IMG/VR virus record: IMGVR_UViG_3300029373_000400
Coordinates: 1 to 16,143 of that record
Length of the DNA stretch: 16,143 nucleotides
Source: a virus
Direction: 5' to 3' (one strand)
Shown here: positions 1 to 9,300 of the stretch, piece by piece
Layout: each line of letters opens with the position of its first letter
How positions within the stretch are numbered: the first letter of the stretch is position 1
Position numbers and translations under genes: made by a program
The notes under the pieces: model-generated
Told to the model about the DNA's origin: nothing
The model's input: only the letters and a program-made list of their open reading frames with translations
Database searches by the model: none

Positions 1-20
1 TTGCATAAATAAAAGAAAAA

Positions 21-293
21 ATGATATTTTCATACCATTTTTTACCCATTTCTATGTTAGAAGAACCTAAAAATGCAGTATTTACAAAAGGGTATTCAAC
101 AGGAGCAACCAAAAGAAGTATCAGAGGTGAAACACGTGATAGCGGATTCACATATGCAGAAGGACCATCAACACATTATGCACCTTATGTTGAATTTGGA
201 ACACGTTTTATGGACGCACAACCTTTTGTTAGGCCTGCGTTTAAACAACAAGTACCAATATTCAAGTCAGATATGAAAAAGCTAGTTAAGTAG
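21..293 (+). CDS. HK97 gp10-family head-tail joining (neck) protein, N-terminus atypical or short
   Basis: The C-terminal part (STHYAPYVEFGTRFMDAQPFVRPAF) matches the recalled hallmark of HK97 gp10-like neck proteins. It sits directly upstream of the tail genes. An in-frame TAA at 6-8 limits the ORF to a start at 21, with no clear SD. Confidence 0.55.
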   Translation: MIFSYHFLPISMLEEPKNAVFTKGYSTGATKRSIRGETRDSGFTYAEGPSTHYAPYVEFGTRFMDAQPFVRPAFKQQVPIFKSDMKKLVK

Positions 294-301
294 GTGATGA
301 T

Positions 302-712
302 ATGGATTCACAACAAGAGTTATTCATTGCACTAAAAGTGCAATTAGAAAAAGCGTTAAAAAGTAAAGGTGTTAATGTATATGACACGTTTCTTCCAAGT
401 GAAGGGACACCATATCCATATGTATACATTGGTTCAAGTCAATTGGTAGACGATTACGGAAATAAAACAATGATTTTAGGCAATATTACGCAAGTTGTGG
501 ATGTTTGGCACAACAATCCTAGGAAGCGTGGAGAATTGTCTGAAATTATGCAAACCATTAAGAAAGTGGCTAGACAAATTAACCACACAAACAACTTTGC
601 TTTTATGATCCAAAATATCAACCAACGGATATTGTCGGATTCAAGTACAGGAGCACCATTGATGCATGGTGTTCTAGAGTTGGATTTTAGAATTACAGGA
701 GGAATAAAATAA
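302..712 (+). CDS. tail terminator / tail completion protein (DUF3168-like)
   Basis: 136-aa ORF with SD AGGTGA upstream, located between the neck protein and the major tail protein. The pattern VNVYDTFLP...PYPYVYIG...VDVWH resembles DUF3168-type tail completion proteins. Its stop overlaps the next start (TAATG at 710-714). Confidence 0.5.
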   Translation: MDSQQELFIALKVQLEKALKSKGVNVYDTFLPSEGTPYPYVYIGSSQLVDDYGNKTMILGNITQVVDVWHNNPRKRGELSEIMQTIKKVARQINHTNNFAFMIQNINQRILSDSSTGAPLMHGVLELDFRITGGIK

Positions 713-1248
713 TGAAATTTGATTTACAAATGTTCGCAGAAGCAATGAAAGAATCAGTTGCAGGTAAACAGTTGATCTATCTTTTCAGAGTTGCAGAGGA
801 TGCAAAAAAAGAAGATGCTAGTGCAATTGCATTCCCAACAGAAAACGAACGAAATGTAACAAAAGATGCAGATACAACTGCTACAAAAGATGGAACCATT
901 CGTACACCATCAGTGGCAGAAATTGAAATCACATCAACATCTGTTTTGGCTAAAGGTGATGCGATTATCGACAAATTAGAGAAAGCTATGTTGGCAGATA
1001 AGTTAGTCGAATGTTGGGAAGTAAACCTAGCAGAAGAAGGAACTGAAACAAATGTCGGCAAGTTTAAATCTAAATACTACCAAGGATATTTGACTGAATG
1101 CTCAATTTCATCAGAAGCAGAAGGAGTTGTTGAAGTTGATTTAACATTCGGAGCAAATGGAAATGGTGCAGATGGATATGCAACAGTCACAAAAGAGCAA
1201 CAGGAAGTAGCATCTTACGTTTATAAGGATGTAACTAAGGAAGCGTAA
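712..1248 (+). CDS. major tail protein (phi13 / TP901-1-like family)
   Basis: 178 aa with SD AGGAGGA upstream. The N-terminal MKFDLQMFAE motif is common in Gram-positive phage structural proteins. Pattern GKQLIYLFR...TKDG...ECWEVNL...YYQGYLTE...VDLTFGANG fits phi13-family major tail proteins. It lies immediately before the chaperone pair and is followed by a terminator. Confidence 0.75.
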   Translation: MKFDLQMFAEAMKESVAGKQLIYLFRVAEDAKKEDASAIAFPTENERNVTKDADTTATKDGTIRTPSVAEIEITSTSVLAKGDAIIDKLEKAMLADKLVECWEVNLAEEGTETNVGKFKSKYYQGYLTECSISSEAEGVVEVDLTFGANGNGADGYATVTKEQQEVASYVYKDVTKEA

Positions 1249-1257
1249 TAAACGCAT

Positions 1258-1284
1258 GAGGGGCAGAGATTGCCCCTTTTATAT
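1258..1284 (+). terminator. rho-independent terminator after the major tail gene
   Basis: Stem GGGGCA (1260-1265) pairs with TGCCCC (1271-1276), with a 5-nt loop GAGAT, followed by TTTT. Confidence 0.6.
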
Positions 1285-1310
1285 TTGTATTTAGAAAGTG
1301 AGGACTTTAA

Positions 1311-1694
1311 ATGAGTAAAAACATGGAAATTGAAGTAAATGGTGAAACATATCAACTAGTAGCAGGGTTTGGATTTTTACATGAAGTCAATAAAAGAGTG
1401 ACTGTAGATGTACCAAACACTAAAAACAAAAAAGAAGTAGGTTTGAAGTTTATGGTCGCAAGCATCATGGATGGAGATATTGATGCATTAGTTGATTGTA
1501 TCTTCTGTATGAATATTGGACAAACACCACGTTTAAAGAAAGCAGACATTGAAAGATATTTAGAAGATGTTGAAGATATTGACAAAGTTTTTGATGACGT
1601 AATCAATTTTTTATCTCAAGCGAATGCGTGCAAGAAAGAAGTGAAATCACTGATGACGAGCATGCAGGAAGAAGAGAAAAAAGAGAAGAAATAG
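1311..1694 (+). CDS. tail assembly chaperone (gpG analogue)
   Basis: 127-aa acidic ORF with SD GTGAGGA, between the major tail protein and the tape measure. It ends in a lysine/glutamate-rich A-run that overlaps an ORF in the -1 frame. Confidence 0.75.
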   Translation: MSKNMEIEVNGETYQLVAGFGFLHEVNKRVTVDVPNTKNKKEVGLKFMVASIMDGDIDALVDCIFCMNIGQTPRLKKADIERYLEDVEDIDKVFDDVINFLSQANACKKEVKSLMTSMQEEEKKEKK

Positions 1695-2038
1695 ACGAAA
1701 CATTTGATGAAATGTATGAACGTGTCGCTTTGACTTGTTTTAGATATCTAGACTTCAAAAGTTTGGATCAGGTAAATAATCTTACCCCTTATGAATATCG
1801 TCTTTTAATGAAGTCCAAAGAGCTACAAATGGTAGATGATCAGTATTATCTGCATTTGCAAGCGTACCTAAATATGACTGCACAAGCTAAAAAGCAAGTG
1901 GGCAAGAAACAGAAAATGGTATACACGAAATTTAGCAAGTTCTTTGACTATCAGAAAGAGTTGGATCGTGTCATGGGGATAAAGAAACAAAGCAAGTTTG
2001 ATAAGTTGGCAGAGTTCATAAATAAAAAGGAGGGATAA
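1311..2038 (+). CDS. tail assembly chaperone frameshift fusion product (gpGT analogue), via -1 slip near 1676-1682
   Basis: ORF 1628..2038 is in the -1 frame relative to 1311..1694 and has no SD of its own. The two overlap across GAG AAA AAA GAG. This is the conserved arrangement upstream of tape measure genes in long-tailed phages. Confidence 0.6.
1676..1682 (+). promoter_or_regulatory. candidate -1 programmed ribosomal frameshift slippery run (G AAA AAA)
   Basis: The zero-frame codons are AAA(1677-79) AAA(1680-82). A -1 slip reads GAA AAA AGA GAA GAA ATA GAC, which is the frame of ORF 1628..2038. The zero-frame stop is 10 nt downstream, at 1692-1694. Confidence 0.5.
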
Positions 2039-2040
2039 CA

Positions 2041-4863
2041 ATGGCAGAAAGTTTTAGTGTTGAAGCCATACTAACGGCAACCGATAAGAATATGACCTCA
2101 ACCATGAACAAAGCTATAGGAGCGTGTCAGTCGTTTGGTGATAGAGTTAAATCTATCGTTGCAGGTGTTGGTATAACTAAAGCTATTGGTGCAACGATGA
2201 ACGTTCTTAGCTCATCCTTTGATGGTGCTATTAATAGATTTGATACCATGCAATCCTATCCAAAAGTTATGAAGTCTTTGGGATTTTCAATTGAACAATC
2301 TCAAAAGAGTGTTGCAAAGTTAAATCAGTCAGTACAAGGCTTACCAACAAACTTGGCAGATGTTGTAACAACATCTAAGTCGTTGGCTGCCGTTACAAGT
2401 AATATTGATAAGGCAACTGATACTACAATTGCATTAAATCATGCGTTTTTAGCAAGTGGATCTAGTTCCGAAGATGCATCACGTGGCTTACAACAGTATT
2501 CACAGATGCTCGCTAAAGGGTCAGTAGATATGCAATCATGGAGAACCTTACAAGAAACAATGGCACCTGCATTGACTAAAGTATCTAAGAAACTAGGTAT
2601 TGCAAGTGGAGATGCAAACGAATTATATGAGGCCTTAAAGAATGGAACGATTACATTCGACCAATTCAATGATGCAATGATTGAATGTGATACAGAAACT
2701 GGTGGATTCGCAGAAACTGCATTAGAAGCTTCCAAAGGAATCAAAACATCTATGACTAACATCAAGAGTGCAGTACAAAACTTAGAACAAGGGTTCTTGT
2801 CTGCAATGAATAACATGTTGAAGTCAAAAGCCATGGGTGGATTAGTTGATAATCTAGAAAAGATTAAATCTAAAATCTATGAGTTTAGAAATTCAATCAT
2901 GGAAACCAAAGATGATGGATTAACATGGGATTTCAAGCCAGGAGTTATGGAAAATGTATCAAAAGCTATGGATTGGCTTGCAGATAGAGCAAACAATGCT
3001 AAAGCTATGGTCCAACAATTCTATGATGGATTTATGAAGACAGATGCAGTACAAAACGCAATTACATTGTTCGACAAAGTCAAAGATGCTATTGGAAATG
3101 TAATGGATAAGTTGCAAGACAGTAAAGTCTTTGAGCAGTTAGGAGAAGATATTGGAAATATCATTGCAAAAGTAGAAGATGTAACTGGCAAAATTGCAGA
3201 TTTCATAGCAAATCTTAAAACGGAAGATGTTAAGAGATTTGCAAGTGCAGTCAAATTATTGGCAGGAGCATTTGTTGCAATCAAAGTCGGTAGCAAAGTA
3301 TCTACTATGATTAGTGGTGTCGTTGGCACGGCTAAAGGTGGATATTCAAAGTTAAAATCAATTATTGACAAAATCAGAGGATTAGGAGAAAAACCAACTC
3401 AAGAAATACCTGGACAATTACCACAAAATGGTACTCCAAGTGACGGTATTGGTGATGCAACAATGCGAACTGCTCAGAAAACATCTAAAGCTGCACAGAT
3501 TATTAATTCTGCATTTGAAGGGATTTCAAATGTTATTTCTTCAGTATGTGAAGGTGTAAAGGGAATCATCACAGGTCTAGGAGAAGCCATCAGCACTGCA
3601 TTTCAAGGTATCGGACAAGGCATTAAATCGGCTTTAGAAGGAGTCGGTACAGTTATTGAATCGTTTGGTACTGCAATCAGTACGGTAGCACAAGGTATTG
3701 GACAAGGTTTAGCAACTGCATTTACAGGATTAGGAACTGCAATTGCAATGGTGCCACCTACTACATGGCTTGCGTTGGCAGCAGCTATTCTTGCGACTGG
3801 TGCTGCAATGGCATTGGTTGGATCACAAGGTGAAGGCTTGCAAATGGTTCTTCAGGGTGTTGCAGATGTTGTTTCTGCGTTTGGACCTGTTATCAAAGAA
3901 GTGTTTGAAGGTATCAGTGGTGTAATTACATCATTTGGTGAAACAGTAAGTGGAATCTTAAACTCAGTATCAGGAGTGATTAAATCTATTGGACAATCTG
4001 CTTTGAATGCTGGTAAAGGATTTAAAGAATTAGCTAAAGGTATTCAGATTATTACTGGTTTAAATTTGTTTGATATGGGAGCTAGCTTAGCTGCAGTTGC
4101 AACAGGTATAGGAGCTATATCTGCAGCTTCTGTAGGCATAGGAAGCGCTGGTACTCAGATGATGGCTCTTGTAACTGCTATAAGTATGGTAGGTACTACA
4201 TTTGCCAGTACATCGGCTACAGTGACAAACTCATGCAATAACATTATCAGTGCAATGTCTGCAGCAGAAGCTAGGGCTTCGAGTTCAGGAACTGCAATGG
4301 GTACTAAGTTTACATCAGGACTAAAAGGTAGTTTATCAAGAAGTGTGTCAATAGCACGATCTTCATGCAATAACATAATCAGTGCATTCAATGCGTGTCA
4401 GTCAAAAGCACAATATTGTGGTCAGATGATTGGTCAAGGATTGGCAAATGGTTTAAGAGCTAGTGAAGGTGCTGTTAGAGCAGCGGCCGCTAGTTTAGCA
4501 GCTGCTGCGGATGCCGCAATTCAAGCTAAAGCGAAAATCGGTTCTCCGTCTAAAGTTACTAAGAAAGATGGTATGTGGACTGGAAAAGGCTATGTTCTAG
4601 GTCTTGAATCCATGTATTCTGACGTAAAAAGAGCTGCAGAGAAGTTATTATACCTTCCACTAATGAGCACTCCTAAAATGGCTTTTGGAGGTGTTGTGAG
4701 TGATATGAATGCAGAATACGATTACACTAGCAACGCTCAATTAACGGTTGAAACACCACTTTACATTAATGATCGTGAATTTGCACGTGCAACATATAGA
4801 GCAAATCAGAATGAGATTAACAGAAACTCAAAGCTTAACGAGAGATTGCGAGGTAACAGATAA
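2041..4863 (+). CDS. tail tape measure protein
   Basis: 940 aa with a strong SD (AAGGAGGG) and the position after the chaperone pair. It has a long helical N-terminal half, a Gly/Ala-rich hydrophobic repeat region (GIGQG.. motifs) and an internal duplicated module. Its stop overlaps the next start (TAATG). Confidence 0.9.
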   Translation: MAESFSVEAILTATDKNMTSTMNKAIGACQSFGDRVKSIVAGVGITKAIGATMNVLSSSFDGAINRFDTMQSYPKVMKSLGFSIEQSQKSVAKLNQSVQGLPTNLADVVTTSKSLAAVTSNIDKATDTTIALNHAFLASGSSSEDASRGLQQYSQMLAKGSVDMQSWRTLQETMAPALTKVSKKLGIASGDANELYEALKNGTITFDQFNDAMIECDTETGGFAETALEASKGIKTSMTNIKSAVQNLEQGFLSAMNNMLKSKAMGGLVDNLEKIKSKIYEFRNSIMETKDDGLTWDFKPGVMENVSKAMDWLADRANNAKAMVQQFYDGFMKTDAVQNAITLFDKVKDAIGNVMDKLQDSKVFEQLGEDIGNIIAKVEDVTGKIADFIANLKTEDVKRFASAVKLLAGAFVAIKVGSKVSTMISGVVGTAKGGYSKLKSIIDKIRGLGEKPTQEIPGQLPQNGTPSDGIGDATMRTAQKTSKAAQIINSAFEGISNVISSVCEGVKGIITGLGEAISTAFQGIGQGIKSALEGVGTVIESFGTAISTVAQGIGQGLATAFTGLGTAIAMVPPTTWLALAAAILATGAAMALVGSQGEGLQMVLQGVADVVSAFGPVIKEVFEGISGVITSFGETVSGILNSVSGVIKSIGQSALNAGKGFKELAKGIQIITGLNLFDMGASLAAVATGIGAISAASVGIGSAGTQMMALVTAISMVGTTFASTSATVTNSCNNIISAMSAAEARASSSGTAMGTKFTSGLKGSLSRSVSIARSSCNNIISAFNACQSKAQYCGQMIGQGLANGLRASEGAVRAAAASLAAAADAAIQAKAKIGSPSKVTKKDGMWTGKGYVLGLESMYSDVKRAAEKLLYLPLMSTPKMAFGGVVSDMNAEYDYTSNAQLTVETPLYINDREFARATYRANQNEINRNSKLNERLRGNR

Positions 4864-6389
4864 TGTATGCATTCGTAAATACAGTAAATAGTGGCATCGT
4901 CGGTACTAATCTACCGACAGAAGCCATGTCATATAATGGCGTATATTTAGAAAATGAAATAGATGGATATCGTACACTTTCTGTAACAGGACGTGAGTTG
5001 ATGGAATCAGAAGTAAAACATACTGAAATTGATGGAATGGATGGTTCTTATTACAGATATAAAACAACTCCTGCAAGAACGATTACTGTTAAATATCAGT
5101 TGAGAGCTAGAGGAAGCAGAGAATTTCGAGACGCGTATAACAAGATGAATAAATTGTTGAGTGGCGAACAAGTAAAAGTCATTTTTAATGATGAAAGCGA
5201 CAAGTATTTCATTGGAACTAAGACATCTAACACACAAGTTGATGGCGGAAGTAATAACGTGATCGGTGAAATCGAAATCTATTGCTCAGACCCATGCAAA
5301 TATTCAACCACAGAAAAAGAATTTACTGATACTGATGGAGTGTTAAACATTGTCAATGAAGGAACTGTACCTGTAAGTATTGATTATGAGGTTCAGACAA
5401 CATCTGAAACCGGATATATTGGTATCGTATCAACTGAAGGTGTCATGCAGTATGGCAAAATTGAAGAATTAGATGGCGAAACATATCAGAACAGTGAATG
5501 TTTAGCTACAATCGATAGTTTTTATAATTGCGCAGATGATAAAAGTGGAACAGATATAATGCATCCACAGTACGGCGCTAATGGAACTTGTGCTAAAAAA
5601 AGTTGGTTTGGTCAAAACTTTCTAGGCTTTGGAACAGTCGGAACAAAAAAGGGGGATGCTAGTGGTGGATTAAGAACGCTAGTAATACCTGCAGATTCAA
5701 ATGGAGATTCAAGTGGTGCACAGAACTTCTATTGTTATTTTCATTTGTTGTTTTATGCAGGACTTATGGGTCAGACTGGTGAAATGTGCATCAACTTCTT
5801 GACTGCAGATAACAAATTGATTTGTGGATGTAACTTTTATAAAACAGATACAGTCGGAAATACAGGTCACTATGAAATATGGGCGAATGGCAAGATGTTG
5901 AGAAATTGGAACTATACTACTTCTCATTTACAATCTCAAAATCCATGGTATTGGAATTGGGGACATTGCGATATCTTGAAAGAAGGCGGAAATATCCGCT
6001 TCTTCTATTACGGAGGATATTACAATTATTACATTCCAGAGATTTCAAATATGAAGTGTGCCAAGATTCAAGTTGCTTTCAAACAATGGGGTAATCGAGG
6101 TGGAAATCAATTGATGTCTATGATGGGATTTGATGTAATCAATTATTTCAAAAATAATGTATCAAAATGGAGAAACATCCCCAACAGATATCCTAATGGT
6201 ACAAAAATCACGATTGATGGCAAGTCATCTCATGTTTATGTGAATGGTATGGCTAGACCTCAAGATGAGGTGCTAGGAACTAAGTATTTTAAAGCACCAG
6301 TAGGAACTACAGAGATAAAGACTACGTGCTCAAGTTGGTCAAAATCGAAGCCGATAGTGAAAGCTAGAATAAGGGAGGCATGGTTATAA
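4863..6389 (+). CDS. distal tail protein (Dit), enlarged form with a C-terminal extension
   Basis: The N-terminal ~150 aa (YNGVYLENEIDGYRTLSVTGRE...ITVKYQL...KVIFNDESDKYFIG...IEIYCSDPCKYS) fit the siphovirus tail component / Dit fold pattern. The gene follows the tape measure. At 508 aa it is about twice the classical Dit length. Confidence 0.7.
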   Translation: MYAFVNTVNSGIVGTNLPTEAMSYNGVYLENEIDGYRTLSVTGRELMESEVKHTEIDGMDGSYYRYKTTPARTITVKYQLRARGSREFRDAYNKMNKLLSGEQVKVIFNDESDKYFIGTKTSNTQVDGGSNNVIGEIEIYCSDPCKYSTTEKEFTDTDGVLNIVNEGTVPVSIDYEVQTTSETGYIGIVSTEGVMQYGKIEELDGETYQNSECLATIDSFYNCADDKSGTDIMHPQYGANGTCAKKSWFGQNFLGFGTVGTKKGDASGGLRTLVIPADSNGDSSGAQNFYCYFHLLFYAGLMGQTGEMCINFLTADNKLICGCNFYKTDTVGNTGHYEIWANGKMLRNWNYTTSHLQSQNPWYWNWGHCDILKEGGNIRFFYYGGYYNYYIPEISNMKCAKIQVAFKQWGNRGGNQLMSMMGFDVINYFKNNVSKWRNIPNRYPNGTKITIDGKSSHVYVNGMARPQDEVLGTKYFKAPVGTTEIKTTCSSWSKSKPIVKARIREAWL

Positions 6390-9300
6390 TGGAAAATACA
6401 AGAATCGCAGTATTAACTCCTTATGACAAAGTTCTAACGTTTCTAGACAACACAGTAACTAGTTGTATGCATTATTTTGATGAAACATTGCATACATACT
6501 TGAAAGGCTCAGCATATACATTTGAATTCACTACATTGACTGCACATGATGATGCAGCCTTTTTAGTTGAGGGCAATAAATTAAGCTTTACTAGAAAGAA
6601 CAAAGGCTATTATTTAACGATTATGAATGTTGAAAAAGGTGGTGACACAACAAATGTTACCGCCTACGGCCTTTGCCTTGAATTAACGAATGAATATGTA
6701 GATGCATATAAAGCGCCTAGAGCGATGTCATTTGCAGAATATGTTAATGCGTATGGATTTGAACAATCGTTCGTAATTGGCAAGAATGAAGTATCAGACA
6801 AACGTATCACACATGAGTGGACTGGAAGTGATACTGTACTAGCTCGATTGTATTCAATCGCAAATGTATTTGATGCAGAATTAGAGTTCGTAACTCAATT
6901 GAATGACGATTATTCTTTGAAGAACTTTGTGTTGAATATTTACAGAGCTCATTCAGATTCCGTTCAAGGAATGGGAAGTGATAAGCGTAGCACGATCTTA
7001 AGATATCCTAATGATGTTTACGGAATCACTAAAACAAGTGATATTACAGAGTTGTATACAGGTATCAGACCTACGGGTAATAATGGGTTACAACTTAACT
7101 CGATTAGTGGCCGTGTTGTAAAAGATTCAAATGGAAATATTTTGTATAAAGTTCAAGGTAACAATATACTTGCACCTCAATCTAGAGATAGATTTCCTAG
7201 TACGTTATTAACAAATCATTCAAACGATATGTATGCAGTGCTAGTGTGGTCTTATGAAACTGAAAACGTTGAGACATTATACGGTCAAGCATTGGCTCAG
7301 TTGAAAAAGAATTGTGTTCCTAAAGTTACGTATGATGTAGATGCATATATTGATGCAGATATCGGTGATACGTTTACTATCGAAGATGCAGAATATAGTC
7401 CTACATTGTATTTAGAAGCACGAATAACGGAACAAGAGATTTGTTTCACGGATTCCGAGAAGTGCAAGACTATTTTTGACAACTTTGAAGAAAAGCAATC
7501 ACAGATTAGTTCAGCTCTGATCAGCGAAATGAACAAGATGATTGAATTGAAAAAAGTTTATGAAGGTTCAATCGTATCTTCAAATGGAGTTCTTTTTAAG
7601 ACAGATTCAGATTCAACCAAATTAACTGCATTGGTAAAGGATGATGGTGTTGATATTACATCTAAGTATTCAATTATTTGGTACAAAGACGATGTGCAAA
7701 TATCAACAAATCAAACTATCACAATTAGTGCATCAGACGTATCAGAAAAGGCCGTATATCGATTTAAAGCTTTGAGTGGTGAAATACTTAAAGCAAGTGC
7801 AGAAGTCACTGTAATGCGATTGCAAGATGGTCAGAATGGAACGAGTGCATATGTGCATATTGCCTATGCCAACAGTTCAGATGGGCAAGTTGATTTTAGT
7901 TTGACGGATTCAAATCGTAAATTTATTGGTCAGTATTCTGACTCAAAGCAATATGGTTCTTATGACCCAACCAAATACAGATGGTCGGCAATTAAAGGGG
8001 AAGATGGTCAGTCATTTGTGAGCGCCGAGGAACAGTTCTATTATTCTACATCTCAAACTGAATTAATCGGTGGTGAGTGGTTTGTTGGAAATGTGGTTTA
8101 TCAATCAGATAAGTTCTTATGGAAACGTTGGAAATGTACGTATGCCAATCCAAGTGAAATCAAGTACACGAAAGCTATTTTTGACAACACTTGGAATGAA
8201 ATTGATGCGAAAATCGGTGAGATTCACACTCAAGTGTCTCAAGCAAATGTGCAATCAAAAGAAGCAGTTGAAAAAGCAACACAAGCTCAGATAGATGCAA
8301 GTAAAGCAAATGAATTGGCAAATACCGCTAACACTCAATCAAGCGAGGCTAAGCAACTAGCACAAGATGCGAATACTAGCACTGGTAAAGCACAAGAACA
8401 GATTGATGCGATTAAAGGAGATATCAATGATTCAAAGCAACAGATTCAAGATGCAGTGGATAAAGCCAACGCAAACGCAAGTGAAATCGATACAGTAAAA
8501 GAAACATACGCTACAAAAGTTGATTTAACTACTGAATCAAAATCTATTCATGCAGATGTTACAACAGAAATTGAAAAGAAAGTTGGTGAATTGTCGACTA
8601 CTGTATCAGAAACTTATGCTTCTAAGAGTGATTTAACAAGCATTGAAGGTAGTTTAAATACCAAGATTAAACAAAATGCCGATTCAATCACGACTCAAGC
8701 AAGCTCGATTGAAAAGCTGCAGTCTGATACAACTCAAGCTAAGAAAGATATTACTGATGCGACTAAAAAAGCAACGGATGCTCAAACTCAAGCGGATAAA
8801 GCTTTAGGTAATGCTCAGAGTGCTCAAACTTTAGCAGACCAAGCTAAAAAAAAGGCAGACAGTGCACAATCAAATTTAGATAGCGCTAATAAAGAGTTGG
8901 CAGATGCAAAAGCTAATCTAGAAGCAGTGACTGGTAGAGTTGATGCGACTGAGAGCGAAATCACAAAAGCTCAAACACGTTTAACAAACGCAGAATCTGC
9001 AGTACAGAAAGCTCAGTCTGATGCAACTAAGGCTCAAGGTAACGCAACTACGGCAATCAATAATGCAAAGGCAGCTCAAGGAGTGGCGGATAATGCAAAG
9101 CAGAAAGCAGAACAAGCTCAAAAGGATTTGAACGCATTGACTAATCGAGTTACTACTGCAGAAACAACTATTAAGCAGAATAGTGATTCTATCAAATTAC
9201 AAGCAACTCAAATTACTGATACAGGCAAAAAGATTGATGATCTAAAAATTGGTGGAAGAAATTTACTATTACAATCCGGTCATTGGCAAAGCAAACCAAC

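Noticed and set aside
1-60. Possible 5' truncation or frameshift of the HK97 gp10-like gene. The family normally has about 40 more N-terminal residues, and the first 16 aa here look non-native.
   Set aside because: This cannot be evaluated. Only 20 nt lie upstream in the window, with an in-frame TAA at 6-8, and the alternative frame open from base 2 shows no recognisable gp10-like sequence.
8200-9240. The Ala/Gln-rich region of Tal as a DNA tandem repeat or contingency locus.
   Set aside because: The repetition is at the level of amino-acid composition only. I could not find exact nucleotide tandem units or homopolymer tracts that would support slippage.
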